Source: Patescibacteria group bacterium
GTDB taxonomy: Bacteria > Patescibacteriota > Dojkabacteria > GCA-002793355
Assembly (NCBI GenBank): GCA_016860985.1
Contig: BOKM01000001.1
Coordinates: 591,462-655,461, forward strand
Direction of reading: 5' to 3'
Length of the DNA stretch: 64,000 nucleotides
Shown here: positions 1 through 9,498 of the stretch, piece after piece
Layout of the letters: every line of letters begins with the position of its first letter
How positions within the stretch are numbered: position 1 is the stretch's first letter
Program-made: the position numbers and the translations under genes
The notes under the pieces: generated by a model
The model's database searches: none
Seen by the model: only the letters and a program-made list of their open reading frames with translations
Told to the model about the DNA's origin: nothing

Positions 1-1
1 T

Positions 2-226
2 ACAAGTATTGGAGATAGGGCAGTTTTTGCAGATGTAAACGGAAAGAAGGTTCAATTGGACGAAGTGTTAAAGAATGGTGACATAGTTGAGATAATTACC
101 GATAACAAGAAGCTTTACCCAACAGAGGAGTGGTTGGAAAGTGCTAAAACTAAAAATGCACAGGCACGGATAAAACTTGGTCTAAGAAAGAAAAAGTTTC
201 AATTGATAGTAAAAGAGAAAAATTAG
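2..226 (+). CDS. 3' end of RelA/SpoT family protein (TGS domain), partial
   Basis: Frame 2 translated by hand gives TSIGDRAVFADVNGKKVQLDEVLKNGDIVEIIT...PTEEWLESAKTKNAQARIK, a typical RSH TGS domain plus following helix. TAG at 224-226. Confidence 0.85.
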   Translation, partial: TSIGDRAVFADVNGKKVQLDEVLKNGDIVEIITDNKKLYPTEEWLESAKTKNAQARIKLGLRKKKFQLIVKEKN

Positions 227-328
227 AGTATTGTTCCACGACTTGTGAAATAGCATCACGCTTGTCTGTGAGGTCGAATTATATATCAATAATCTGCCAT
301 AAAGTTCAATTTCTGATAATATAATGGA

Positions 329-1639
329 ATGCCTGTAAAAGAGTTTCCTAAACATAACACATCCTTTTTTGCTGGTTTAGGTGCTAGTTTGGTTGCCATT
401 GGGCTAGGAATTGGGAGTGGTGAGTTCATTTTATGGCCATATCTGTCTGCAAAGCATGGTTTTGGCATATTGTGGGCAGCTGTTGTTGGTATAGCTTTTC
501 AAGTGTTTTTGAATATTGAAATACAGCGATACGCAGCGGTAACGGGCAAAAGTGCAGTTGCAGGCTTTCTGAAGGTGAGTAGACTTTTTTCTTTTTGGTT
601 GTTGTTTTCGACTTTGGCGGGATTTGGTTGGCCTGGATTTGCTTCAAGTAGTTCGTTTTTGCTCTCGCATATATATTCAGACAAGCCATTTGTGTGGCTC
701 CCTTATGTGCTACTTATCGCTGCCGTTTTGCTGTTGGTTGTTGGTAGAAACGCCTACGCTAGAATCGAGAGATTTTTTAGGTACGTGCTGCCACTTTCCT
801 TTGCGTTTGTATTCTTTCTTGTGTGGTACTACTTTGATGCGGGAGTTTTTCAAGATCTACTTAAAGGACTTCTTGGGCAGGGAAATGGCTATTTTTGGCT
901 ACCAAAGAACATTGATATCGCTGTCCTACTTGGGGCATTTGCGTATGCAGGGAGTGGGGGAAATCTACTACTCGGACAGGGTTATTACATACTTGCCAAA
1001 AAGCATGGAATGGCAAGCTATGGCGATACTGCAAATCACCTTCCAGCGGAAACCGATAAGAGTGCACGGCATTTTAATGGACTTCGCCGCTTTATAATTA
1101 TCGAAAATATTCTTGTTTTCGGAGCCATGGGGCTTGTTACTATCTTAGGGCTTTCGTACCTTGGTCCAGTATTGCTTGGTACCGCAGAAGGTTTAGGCAA
1201 CAATCTTCAGTTTCTTGTTCTTGAGGCAAACAAAATTGCGCTTGACCTTGGGTGGTGGGGCAGAAGTGCCTTTCTACTTTCTGGCGCAGTTGCTCTCTTT
1301 TCTGTACAACTAGGGGTTTTTGATACGTTAGGGCGAATCTCGACTGATATTGCGTCTACAAAGAAGGAGTTCTGGTACAAGGCAAGTATTATTTTTCAAG
1401 GAGTTTTCGGGGTCGCTGTTTTTGCGCTTGGAATTAGAGAACCATTGTGGTTAATTACGATCGGGGCCGTGTGTAACGCGCTTGCCATGGCTGTGATTTC
1501 TTTTGCTGTTCTTTGGATGAATTCGACACATCTTCCAAAACTTTACAGGCCCAAGATTTGGGAGCAAATCTTTCTTTTTCTTGTAGGAAGCATTTATACT
1601 GTGTTCTTTATTGTTACTGTCGTTACAAAGCTTTCGTGA
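329..1639 (+). CDS. Nramp/APC-superfamily putative ion or solute transporter
   Basis: About 11 hydrophobic segments and an N-terminal GIGSGEFILWP motif typical of Nramp-like transporters. Confidence 0.7.
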   Translation: MPVKEFPKHNTSFFAGLGASLVAIGLGIGSGEFILWPYLSAKHGFGILWAAVVGIAFQVFLNIEIQRYAAVTGKSAVAGFLKVSRLFSFWLLFSTLAGFGWPGFASSSSFLLSHIYSDKPFVWLPYVLLIAAVLLLVVGRNAYARIERFFRYVLPLSFAFVFFLVWYYFDAGVFQDLLKGLLGQGNGYFWLPKNIDIAVLLGAFAYAGSGGNLLLGQGYYILAKKHGMASYGDTANHLPAETDKSARHFNGLRRFIIIENILVFGAMGLVTILGLSYLGPVLLGTAEGLGNNLQFLVLEANKIALDLGWWGRSAFLLSGAVALFSVQLGVFDTLGRISTDIASTKKEFWYKASIIFQGVFGVAVFALGIREPLWLITIGAVCNALAMAVISFAVLWMNSTHLPKLYRPKIWEQIFLFLVGSIYTVFFIVTVVTKLS

Positions 1640-1703
1640 TACCCTGGGGGGTATACAAAGTATTGAAATGTAGGTATTCTGCTTTCTTGCACGGTGTAAT
1701 ATA

Positions 1704-2474
1704 ATGACTACAATGAAGCAAAGAGATACATCATGGAATAAGGTTGCAGGTTGGTATGGAAAGAAAGTGGGAGATTCCGGTCATTTTTATCACGAACAAA
1801 CCATTTTGCCATTGCTAAAAAAATATTTAGAAGAGAATAATGTCAGAAAACTGCTCGATTTGGGATGTGGTCAAGGTGTAGTAGAGAGAGTATTTGTTGG
1901 AGAAGAGTACGTCGGGGTCGATCTTTCTTCCTCTTTGTTGTCCCAAGCGCAAAGAAGCAAGAAGAATGTAAAATCGAGGTTTGTGCATGCAGACGCCAGT
2001 AAAAGCTTGCCGATAAAGGACACTGATTTTGATTGTGCCGTTAGTGTGCTCGCACTTCAGAATATAGAAAATTATGAGGGTGTAATTAATAACTTTGCAA
2101 AACACGTTAAAAAGGGTGGCTCGCTTGTTCTTGTTTTAAATCATCCATATTATCGAATCCCTCGTGCCTCTGGGTGGATGGTATTGCAAGGGAATAGTAA
2201 GCAAGTTCGTTGGATTAGCGACTACCTTAAAGTTAAGCGCATTCCTATAACTATGAATCCTGGCGCAAAAGGGAGAAGGCAAACAGTTACCTGGAGTTTT
2301 CATGTACCCCTTTCTTATTATATTAAGTGCCTTTCACAAAATGGATTTTATGTTGATGGGCTTGAGGAACTAGTTTCTTCTAAAGAAAGTGTTGGAAAAT
2401 TCGCTAATAGAGAGAATATCGCCCGAGAAGAAATACCCTTATTTATGTTTATTACAGCTAAAAAGGTAAATTAA
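1704..2474 (+). CDS. Class I SAM-dependent methyltransferase (start may be ATG 1713)
   Basis: LLDLGCGQG motif I, followed by GVDLS, HADA and FDCAVSVLAL. Confidence 0.85.
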   Translation: MTTMKQRDTSWNKVAGWYGKKVGDSGHFYHEQTILPLLKKYLEENNVRKLLDLGCGQGVVERVFVGEEYVGVDLSSSLLSQAQRSKKNVKSRFVHADASKSLPIKDTDFDCAVSVLALQNIENYEGVINNFAKHVKKGGSLVLVLNHPYYRIPRASGWMVLQGNSKQVRWISDYLKVKRIPITMNPGAKGRRQTVTWSFHVPLSYYIKCLSQNGFYVDGLEELVSSKESVGKFANRENIAREEIPLFMFITAKKVN

Positions 2475-2486
2475 GTATTCGACAAT

Positions 2487-3782
2487 ATGCGGTTTGAGCA
2501 AAAAGTTTATACAGAAATCGAGGTCGCGCAGTTACTTACAAAAGTAGTTTCGGAATTATCTGGCGCACTGCAGTCGGTCGATCAAACTGCTACAGAAAAA
2601 AAGATTGAAGCAATGAATCTGTGGGCAGCGAAATATGATGAAGCGTTCGAGGATCTTATTGTAGAAGAGGTCGTTAAGCGCCATGTTCAGGGCATAACAC
2701 TCTGTGTATGGGCTGGTCCTCCTGGGTCCGGAAAGGGGACAAATATAGAGACTGTAAACGTGATTGGAGGGTTATACGCTGAAGTCGCTTCTCAGGGCTG
2801 GGCGCGGCAACTTCCTGAACCTATGCACTCGAGGTTATTGAACTTTTCGCTTGCCCAGTCGATTATCAGTACAGGTACAAAAGGAATGTTTAATAAACCG
2901 GAGGGAGAATATGCTACGTATTTTTCGGCTCTTGTTCCTGAGTTCGGCAGCTTTGTTGCAGCTGGCGGCTTTGTCCCTGACGCTGTTGTATCAATATTGG
3001 TTGAGGCGATGATTTTACTCAGATTAGTGCAGCATTCGCATAAGATTCAAATCGATTTGTGGCCAAGAACCGCAATGCAATTTGTGGCGTTTGATAGGTT
3101 GGTACAAAAAATTCGAGCTAACGGAGGAAAAGTCCAAGAAGAAGTAGTCACAATTAAAGTGCTAAAGAAAGAGAGTATGGAACTTGTAAAACAGCATCTT
3201 GCCGAAAGCGCAAAAATTTCAAAGGTAATTGCAGCAAAAATCAATGAGTATTTGAAATCAGAATGGTATGCCGCTTTGTGCAATAAAGCGGCCTTGGTCG
3301 AAGATATGAAGGAAAGGTATCGTGTTGAAAAAGAAGGCCTAACAGAGGTTTTTTCTCGATTGACTGGAGAATATTCGGATAGCTTGTCACTCGCTGTAAT
3401 TGAAGAGCTAAAAATTGTGTGCGACCGAATGGAATTCCGGTTTAACTTGGTGGTTGAAAAAGGTGGAATCCCACGTCCTGATGAATATCCATTAAGTGTT
3501 ATTCGCCGGTTGGCAGTATATACTGGCGAAACTGCCCCAGTTTTTTTGGAGCAAACAGCAGAAAAGAACGCTAAAAAGGGGTACTACGTCGTTTCATCCG
3601 CCGGTACACCTCAAGAGGTTATTGCAGAGATTCTTACCACGTTAGCTGGTGCAGCTGAAATAACAGATCAATGGGAAAGTATATTGTCTCTCGCAGGTGA
3701 AATTGCCAACTCGATAGTGTACAAAAAAGAGCTTGTAGTAGAAGAACTTTTGAAAAGGGTAGGGGGTATACTGGAGTCCTAA
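2487..3782 (+). CDS. Adenylate-kinase-fold protein with N-terminal extension and large insertions
   Basis: Adenylate kinase motifs in order: GPPGSGKGT P-loop, ISTG, GFVPD, DLWPRT (cf. DGFPRT), RPDE...RRLAVY...TAPV. Confidence 0.65.
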   Translation: MRFEQKVYTEIEVAQLLTKVVSELSGALQSVDQTATEKKIEAMNLWAAKYDEAFEDLIVEEVVKRHVQGITLCVWAGPPGSGKGTNIETVNVIGGLYAEVASQGWARQLPEPMHSRLLNFSLAQSIISTGTKGMFNKPEGEYATYFSALVPEFGSFVAAGGFVPDAVVSILVEAMILLRLVQHSHKIQIDLWPRTAMQFVAFDRLVQKIRANGGKVQEEVVTIKVLKKESMELVKQHLAESAKISKVIAAKINEYLKSEWYAALCNKAALVEDMKERYRVEKEGLTEVFSRLTGEYSDSLSLAVIEELKIVCDRMEFRFNLVVEKGGIPRPDEYPLSVIRRLAVYTGETAPVFLEQTAEKNAKKGYYVVSSAGTPQEVIAEILTTLAGAAEITDQWESILSLAGEIANSIVYKKELVVEELLKRVGGILES

Positions 3783-4513
3783 TTGCCAGTGTTTTTGCTT
3801 CTTTGGTGATTGTTGGTAAATAGTCAATTGTATTGTCTGTAGTTTGTGTGAACCATCATTTGAAAGGTTACTATTGCCCAACTGGATGATTCCTATATAC
3901 GTATCCCTTAGGTGTCTGAGTAATAAGTTGGATCGTTTTATAGAGTGGAAATAGAAAAATTATATAAAAGAATAACTATACTGCAAGAATGGGGCAAAAA
4001 TTGTAAGGTAGGCAGAGGAGGATGCATAATAATGTACGATTGTGGAGTCGTTTTCCTTGTGTTGTGTCACAAGAGTGGTCATTCGTTTTTTGAAACAGCC
4101 TCGTAATTAATACCGCGTTTCAGTTCTTGTATCTACCGCAATACAAAAGATTCCAAAATAACGATAAATAAGCAACCTGAAGCTTAAAAGTAATTCGCTT
4201 CAAAACGAATCAGGGGGAAAGAAGGGGTGCTCAAGGGAGACGACGGTGCTCATGTCTGTAGGTAAATTAATGCTAAAAATACTATACGTTTCCCGAAACA
4301 TTACAGACGTGATAGTGGGGGTGAAAAATTGGCTATGGGATTAAAGGCAGATAGGATTTGGTGCTTTGGCGCAAAGCAGAGACCGAGTATAATAATTCAG
4401 CAACGCGAATAAGTTTTGACATATTTCACGGTAGTGAAACTTGATGATGAGGTGTTCCATGCTAAAATTGAGTGTGGAGAACATGGGATAACGTAAAAAA
4501 GGTATAATTATCA

Positions 4514-5125
4514 GTGCGAAATACTTTCTCTCGAAACATTCTTAAATTGGCGGGTATTATTACTGTCATTTTTGCCGTTCTTATAGTTGCTATTCCTCCT
4601 CTTATATATTTTTATTATCGAAGATATATCTACGTTTCGGTTGAGTCGGTAGCTAATAATCCCCGTACTGTGATGGTTTTAGGAGCTGCGGTCTACCCAG
4701 ACGATACCCCAAGTAGTGCGCTTCAAGAGCGTTTAAATATGGCGGTCGAGTTATATAAAAATGGGAAAGTGGACAGAATATTAGTGTCTGGTGCATCAGA
4801 TACTGGCGCATACGATGAGGCAAGGGCAATGAAAAGTGCATTGGTTCAGGCAGGAATTCCTGCCGAATCGATAATTGAGGATAATCAAGGAACAAGAACT
4901 TTTGAATCCTGTAAACGTGCAAAAAGTGAGTTCAAAATTGACTCGTTGCTCGTAGTAAGCCAGGGATTTCATTTACCTCGTGCTTTGTTTTTATGTCGTG
5001 GGGTAAACATTGAGTCATATGGAATTTACGCCCTAGGCAATTTTTCGACATACCACAGTAACTGGTACAACTACCGAGAAATCGGTGCAATGTATCTTGC
5101 TTTTTACGACATTCTTTCTCTGTAA
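4514..5125 (+). CDS. SanA/YdcF (DUF218) family protein
   Basis: N-terminal TM, then VLGAAV, L.ERL, ILVSG, EA.AM, G.RTFES, SQGFHLPRA and RE. Confidence 0.85.
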   Translation: MRNTFSRNILKLAGIITVIFAVLIVAIPPLIYFYYRRYIYVSVESVANNPRTVMVLGAAVYPDDTPSSALQERLNMAVELYKNGKVDRILVSGASDTGAYDEARAMKSALVQAGIPAESIIEDNQGTRTFESCKRAKSEFKIDSLLVVSQGFHLPRALFLCRGVNIESYGIYALGNFSTYHSNWYNYREIGAMYLAFYDILSL

Positions 5126-5164
5126 TAAGTGCTATAATCGAACATTAATTTGTAAGGTCCAATC

Positions 5165-6067
5165 ATGAATGTTTTCTTGGTGATATTTATTCTTGGTGTT
5201 ATTCTGCTGGGTGCAATGATTAAAATTGTGCCACAAAACCACGTCGCAATCGTCGAATTCCTTGGTAAATATGAGAGAACTCTGACTGCGGGTTTTAACT
5301 TAGTTATTCCTGTATTTGAACGCGTTTCGGTTCAGATTAACCTTGCGGTCCGTAACTTCTTGTTTGAATTAGATGCAGTGTCGAAAGACAAAGTTCAGGT
5401 TCGCCTGAAGTCCAACCTAATCTATGCAATTTCTGTCGATAAAGTTACACAATATTGGTACGAATTGAGTGATCCAAAACAGACGATTGCATCTTTTGTT
5501 GAAAACTATGTCAGAAGTTTTGTAGCCACTCAAACACACGAAGAATTGCTAGAAAAACGTGAAGAGATCTCGGCTTATCTTGTGCAACACTTAAACGAGA
5601 AATTCCTCGCATGGGGTATTGTTATTCATGGATACCAGATTATGGATATTGTATTCCCAACCATTATTACCGATGCAATGAGCAAAGTTGTTGCCTCACA
5701 GCGATTAAGAGAAGCTGCCATGAACGAAGCCGAAGCAACAAAGGTACGAGTGGTTAAAGAGGCAGAAGCAGAAAAAGACTCTCGTGTTCTTTTGGGTGAA
5801 GGTGTTGCAGGCGAAAGACAAGCAATTATCGATGGCTTAAAGCGCTCCATCGATGACATGAAAGGTATCCCAGGGCTAAATACTCACGAAGTCATGAATC
5901 TTATCGTTATGTCGCAATACTTCGATACCGTCAAGGCAATTGGAATGTCTCCAAACTCAAAAGTGATGTTTATAGATCCTGCTCCAGAGGGTGCAAACAA
6001 CATGTTGCAGCAGCTCTCGGCAGCACTTGAAGCAAACAAAGTAGAAACCACAACTACAAAGAAGTAG
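5165..6067 (+). CDS. SPFH/band 7 family membrane protein
   Basis: N-terminal TM, IVEFLGKY, SKDKVQV, an A/E-rich coiled tail and QYFDT. Confidence 0.9.
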   Translation: MNVFLVIFILGVILLGAMIKIVPQNHVAIVEFLGKYERTLTAGFNLVIPVFERVSVQINLAVRNFLFELDAVSKDKVQVRLKSNLIYAISVDKVTQYWYELSDPKQTIASFVENYVRSFVATQTHEELLEKREEISAYLVQHLNEKFLAWGIVIHGYQIMDIVFPTIITDAMSKVVASQRLREAAMNEAEATKVRVVKEAEAEKDSRVLLGEGVAGERQAIIDGLKRSIDDMKGIPGLNTHEVMNLIVMSQYFDTVKAIGMSPNSKVMFIDPAPEGANNMLQQLSAALEANKVETTTTKK

Positions 6068-6072
6068 AAATA

Positions 6073-6897
6073 TTGCGCATGGTTTATCTTTTTTCTTCAA
6101 AACCGCGTACGATAGTCGAATATTTTGAGCGCAATAATATTGCGTATCAATTGGTAACGCTCGATAGTTTTGCAGCGATGGTACAGCAGTATGAACCGAT
6201 AAAGGGGGATATTGGTATCGTATATGATTTTGGTAAATTCATACCAGAAAAACTTCTGTCTGCCTTACCCCTTCTTAACATTCACTTTTCGTTGTTACCG
6301 AAATACAGAGGAGCAACACCTGTTGAAGCAGCGCTACTTTCAGGAGATACAGTCACGGGAGTTACTGTTCAAAAGATGGTGAAAGCTATGGACGAAGGCC
6401 CGTTGCTGCTCTCTGTTCCAATAGATATTGAACCTTCTTGGGCTGCGTTTGAACTTCAGGCATATATGGACAGTCGTTTACCAGAAGTGCTCGACGAAAT
6501 CTTTCGTGTTTCTCCGAACGAGTGGCAATTCAAAGAACAGACAGGTGAGCCATCCTATTGTTACGAAAAGGATTTGCAAAGAGAAAACGGGAAGATTGTA
6601 TTTGAAGAATTAACGGCTGACGAGGTTATCAATAAAATTCGTGCCTATAACCCGGAGCCGATGGCTTGGTGCCATATTCAGAAAGGTGCCCACATCTTAG
6701 AAATGAATATGATGAGGGCGAAACTCTTTCACGAGAAACTGAATCAAGGAGATATCGTCTTTGTAAAAAAACAGGGACTCGCTATTGGTTGTAAAACTGG
6801 CTCTGTTCTTATAACCGAGTTGGTGATTTCGGGCAGCAAAAAGCTGGCTAATGGTGATATCGTTGCACTTAAGGGAAGTATCGAATTAGCGGAATAA
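6073..6897 (+). CDS. fmt: Methionyl-tRNA formyltransferase (short N-terminus)
   Basis: LNIHFSLLPKYRGATP, TGVTVQKM..AMDEG and IRAYNPEPMAW. Confidence 0.85.
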   Translation: MRMVYLFSSKPRTIVEYFERNNIAYQLVTLDSFAAMVQQYEPIKGDIGIVYDFGKFIPEKLLSALPLLNIHFSLLPKYRGATPVEAALLSGDTVTGVTVQKMVKAMDEGPLLLSVPIDIEPSWAAFELQAYMDSRLPEVLDEIFRVSPNEWQFKEQTGEPSYCYEKDLQRENGKIVFEELTADEVINKIRAYNPEPMAWCHIQKGAHILEMNMMRAKLFHEKLNQGDIVFVKKQGLAIGCKTGSVLITELVISGSKKLANGDIVALKGSIELAE

Positions 6898-6901
6898 TCT
6901 T

Positions 6902-7504
6902 ATGAATACGCTCACTCCCACCGCAGTCGATTGGCTTTTGCAGCAATCAAGATTTTCTATTGAGTATTTTTTAGAAACTAAGAACCTTTTTCCATTCGAA
7001 AAAGTAACGATACCTGAGCAAATAAAAGAAGAAGTACTCGCTTTATCTGGGGCTTTTATTCTTATTGAATCTTATTTTGGCAATAAGAGGATTGCTTATA
7101 CCAGGGGTGAAAATGGGGTGTTTGAAAGGGTAGAGCCACTCGCGAAAATTGTTCACCAAGTTGCCGTTAACGCCGCTTTTTTTGATCCTCATACTCCTCG
7201 TTTAAAAAACTTTGAATTAAACGAAATGGTATTGCATTTACTCGTACCTTCTGAAAAACAGATAGTAAGTAATGGAAGAATGGGGTTACCTACTGAACTG
7301 GCAGAAAACAGTACAGGTTTGATATTAGAAACCCGTGGGAGAATCGCCTACGACTTACCTCAAATGATTAGCGAGGCCCTTTCTGTTGAACAGCGAGTTC
7401 GAAAACTATTACTTCGCCTCGGTGTTAAAGGTCAAAAAGCAGTCGATTCGGTCGATTTCTACACTTTTACTGTCCAGCATCATTCGGAGGTTAAACGCGA
7501 GTAA
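6902..7504 (+). CDS. AMMECR1-domain-like protein (divergent)
   Basis: GAFI...RG..G...PL...V..VA.NAAFFDP...L...EL and GLIL...G....LPQ follow the AMMECR1 pattern. Confidence 0.6.
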   Translation: MNTLTPTAVDWLLQQSRFSIEYFLETKNLFPFEKVTIPEQIKEEVLALSGAFILIESYFGNKRIAYTRGENGVFERVEPLAKIVHQVAVNAAFFDPHTPRLKNFELNEMVLHLLVPSEKQIVSNGRMGLPTELAENSTGLILETRGRIAYDLPQMISEALSVEQRVRKLLLRLGVKGQKAVDSVDFYTFTVQHHSEVKRE

Positions 7505-7516
7505 AGTTAGTGGTTT

Positions 7517-9346
7517 TTATAATTTTTTCTCTTCTTGTTGTACTGCAAATGCCTTGGCGTAGTAGCCATCGAGTGAAAGAAGTTCGTCGTGAGTGCCTTG
7601 TTCAATAATTTTTCCGTCGTTAAATACAAGAATTTTCTGCGCTGCTCGAACTGTATTGTAGCGATGCGATACCACAATAACGGTCTTATCTTTTACGTGC
7701 TCGTAAAGGTTCGTAAATATTTTTGCTTCGGCAATCGGGTCAATCGCGGAAGTTGGCTCATCGAGCACAACGAGTGGTCGATTTGCGTAGAACTGTCGTG
7801 CGACAGCAACTCGCTGCCACTGCCCAGTGGAAAGTTCGGTGCCACCTTCAAGCCTCTTGGTCAAGAAGGTTGAATATTTGTTTGGAAGTTTTTCAATAAA
7901 GGTATTGGCGTCTGCTAGGCTTGCGGCCTTTTTCACCTGTTCCATATTTACTTGTAGTTTTTTATCGTATATAGAAATGTTTTGGGCAACGGTTAATGTA
8001 CCGTAGCGTGCAAAATCTTGCGTTACTACTGATATTTTGCCATTGTATGATTCTGTCGTGTATTCGTGTGAGGGAATTCCATTTACAAGTATTTGGCCCT
8101 TAGTTGGAAGATAAATTCTGTTAAGGAGTTTTAAGAACGTGCTTTTTCCGGCTCCGTTTTCGCCGACAATCGCAATACGCTCGTTATCATAAATCTTGAA
8201 TGACACATCTTTTAATGAATATCTTTTTGACCCAGGGTATTTAAACCATACATTTTTGAATTCTATCTCAATATGCTCCGTGTCTAGTACTTTTGTTCCT
8301 TCTGGGCGATCGTTCTGTTGTTCAAGAAGCGTATGAGCATAAGAAACGTAGCGGTAATATTCAACTGATTGATTTAATCTGGTCACAACTCGATACATGC
8401 TCGAGCCGATTTGGCTGATAAGGTTGGTCGTATATTGAAACGTACCAAGGAGCATTCCTTGAAAGAGAACCTGGGCAAGATAGTAAACATAAATTCCTGA
8501 GTTAATGATGTTTTCGAAGGTAAGTACAAGTAGCCATGGAGTCGCAAGTTTTTTATCTTTCTTTAAATAATATTGTCTGACATTTGCAGCAATATGTTCA
8601 TATTCCTTTTGAAGAAACTTCTGCCCCTGCGATGTTTTTATTTCGAGTAGAGTGGAGAAAGTTCTAAAGTAGTCAAAAATTGTTCCCTTACGAATCCAAT
8701 CGTATTGGGCGTCATCTTCTGCTTTATGATGTAAGCGTGTTCCGTAGGCGGTAAGAATAAGGCTGGGAACTTCTTTCGCAAACGTCAGAAGAATAACCCA
8801 CAACGGCGCTTTTACCAACAAAAAGGTCGAAACAAGTGTAATTCCTGCCACAACAATGTCAACGTGTACGTCGGCAAGTCGGACTATATAATCAGCTGCT
8901 CTGTTAAAGATTCGGTTTATACGTTTTTCCATCTGGGGGTTTTCAATATGTTCCCAGTCTAAATAGATGAGTTTATTTATGAAGGCTTTTTCTACAGCTA
9001 ACTGCATTGCGTAGACCGAAAAATACCAATCGTATCGTCGGTAAAGGTTGGTATAAAGTGAAGAGAAGAGACGCACTCCAATCGTAAGACCGATATACCA
9101 ATAGAGATTATTAAGTGACGTAATCTCTTTTGTAACAAAACGTTGCGTGTCGTTAAGGATAAGTCCAAGCATAAAGGTTTCGAAAACAGGGCGTAATCTT
9201 TCTACAACTGTTGCAGACAAATCAACCCAGTACCACCATCCAAAGGTTTTTATACGAATCTGCTGTACGAAGAGATTGATTCGTACAAATCGTTTGAAAC
9301 GCTGCCAGTTATCGATTTTCTTTTTTACGATATTTTGTTTTTTCAT
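7517..9346 (-). CDS. ABC exporter, fused permease and ATP-binding domains
   Basis: TM domain plus GENGAGKS, LSTGQWQR, VVLDEPT and SHR. Start placed at ATG 9346 (MKKQN) because the longer ORF runs through a tRNA. Confidence 0.9.
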   Translation of the reverse strand: MKKQNIVKKKIDNWQRFKRFVRINLFVQQIRIKTFGWWYWVDLSATVVERLRPVFETFMLGLILNDTQRFVTKEITSLNNLYWYIGLTIGVRLFSSLYTNLYRRYDWYFSVYAMQLAVEKAFINKLIYLDWEHIENPQMEKRINRIFNRAADYIVRLADVHVDIVVAGITLVSTFLLVKAPLWVILLTFAKEVPSLILTAYGTRLHHKAEDDAQYDWIRKGTIFDYFRTFSTLLEIKTSQGQKFLQKEYEHIAANVRQYYLKKDKKLATPWLLVLTFENIINSGIYVYYLAQVLFQGMLLGTFQYTTNLISQIGSSMYRVVTRLNQSVEYYRYVSYAHTLLEQQNDRPEGTKVLDTEHIEIEFKNVWFKYPGSKRYSLKDVSFKIYDNERIAIVGENGAGKSTFLKLLNRIYLPTKGQILVNGIPSHEYTTESYNGKISVVTQDFARYGTLTVAQNISIYDKKLQVNMEQVKKAASLADANTFIEKLPNKYSTFLTKRLEGGTELSTGQWQRVAVARQFYANRPLVVLDEPTSAIDPIAEAKIFTNLYEHVKDKTVIVVSHRYNTVRAAQKILVFNDGKIIEQGTHDELLSLDGYYAKAFAVQQEEKKL

Positions 9347-9366
9347 GACGATAAGAGATTTTGAAA

Positions 9367-9438
9367 AGCGGACGACGGGATTCGAACCCGCGGTCTTCTG
9401 CTTGGGAAGCAGACATTCTGCCACTGAACTACGTCCGC
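9367..9438 (-). tRNA. tRNA-Gly(CCC)
   Basis: GCGGACG acceptor stem, anticodon arm TCTGC-TTCCCAA-GCAGA, GGTTCGAATCC T-arm. No encoded CCA. Confidence 0.95.
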
Positions 9439-9498
9439 GATAATGGTGAATTATAGCACTAAAAGAAAAGGTCAGTCCCCCCAGAGTAGTGTCAGGAA

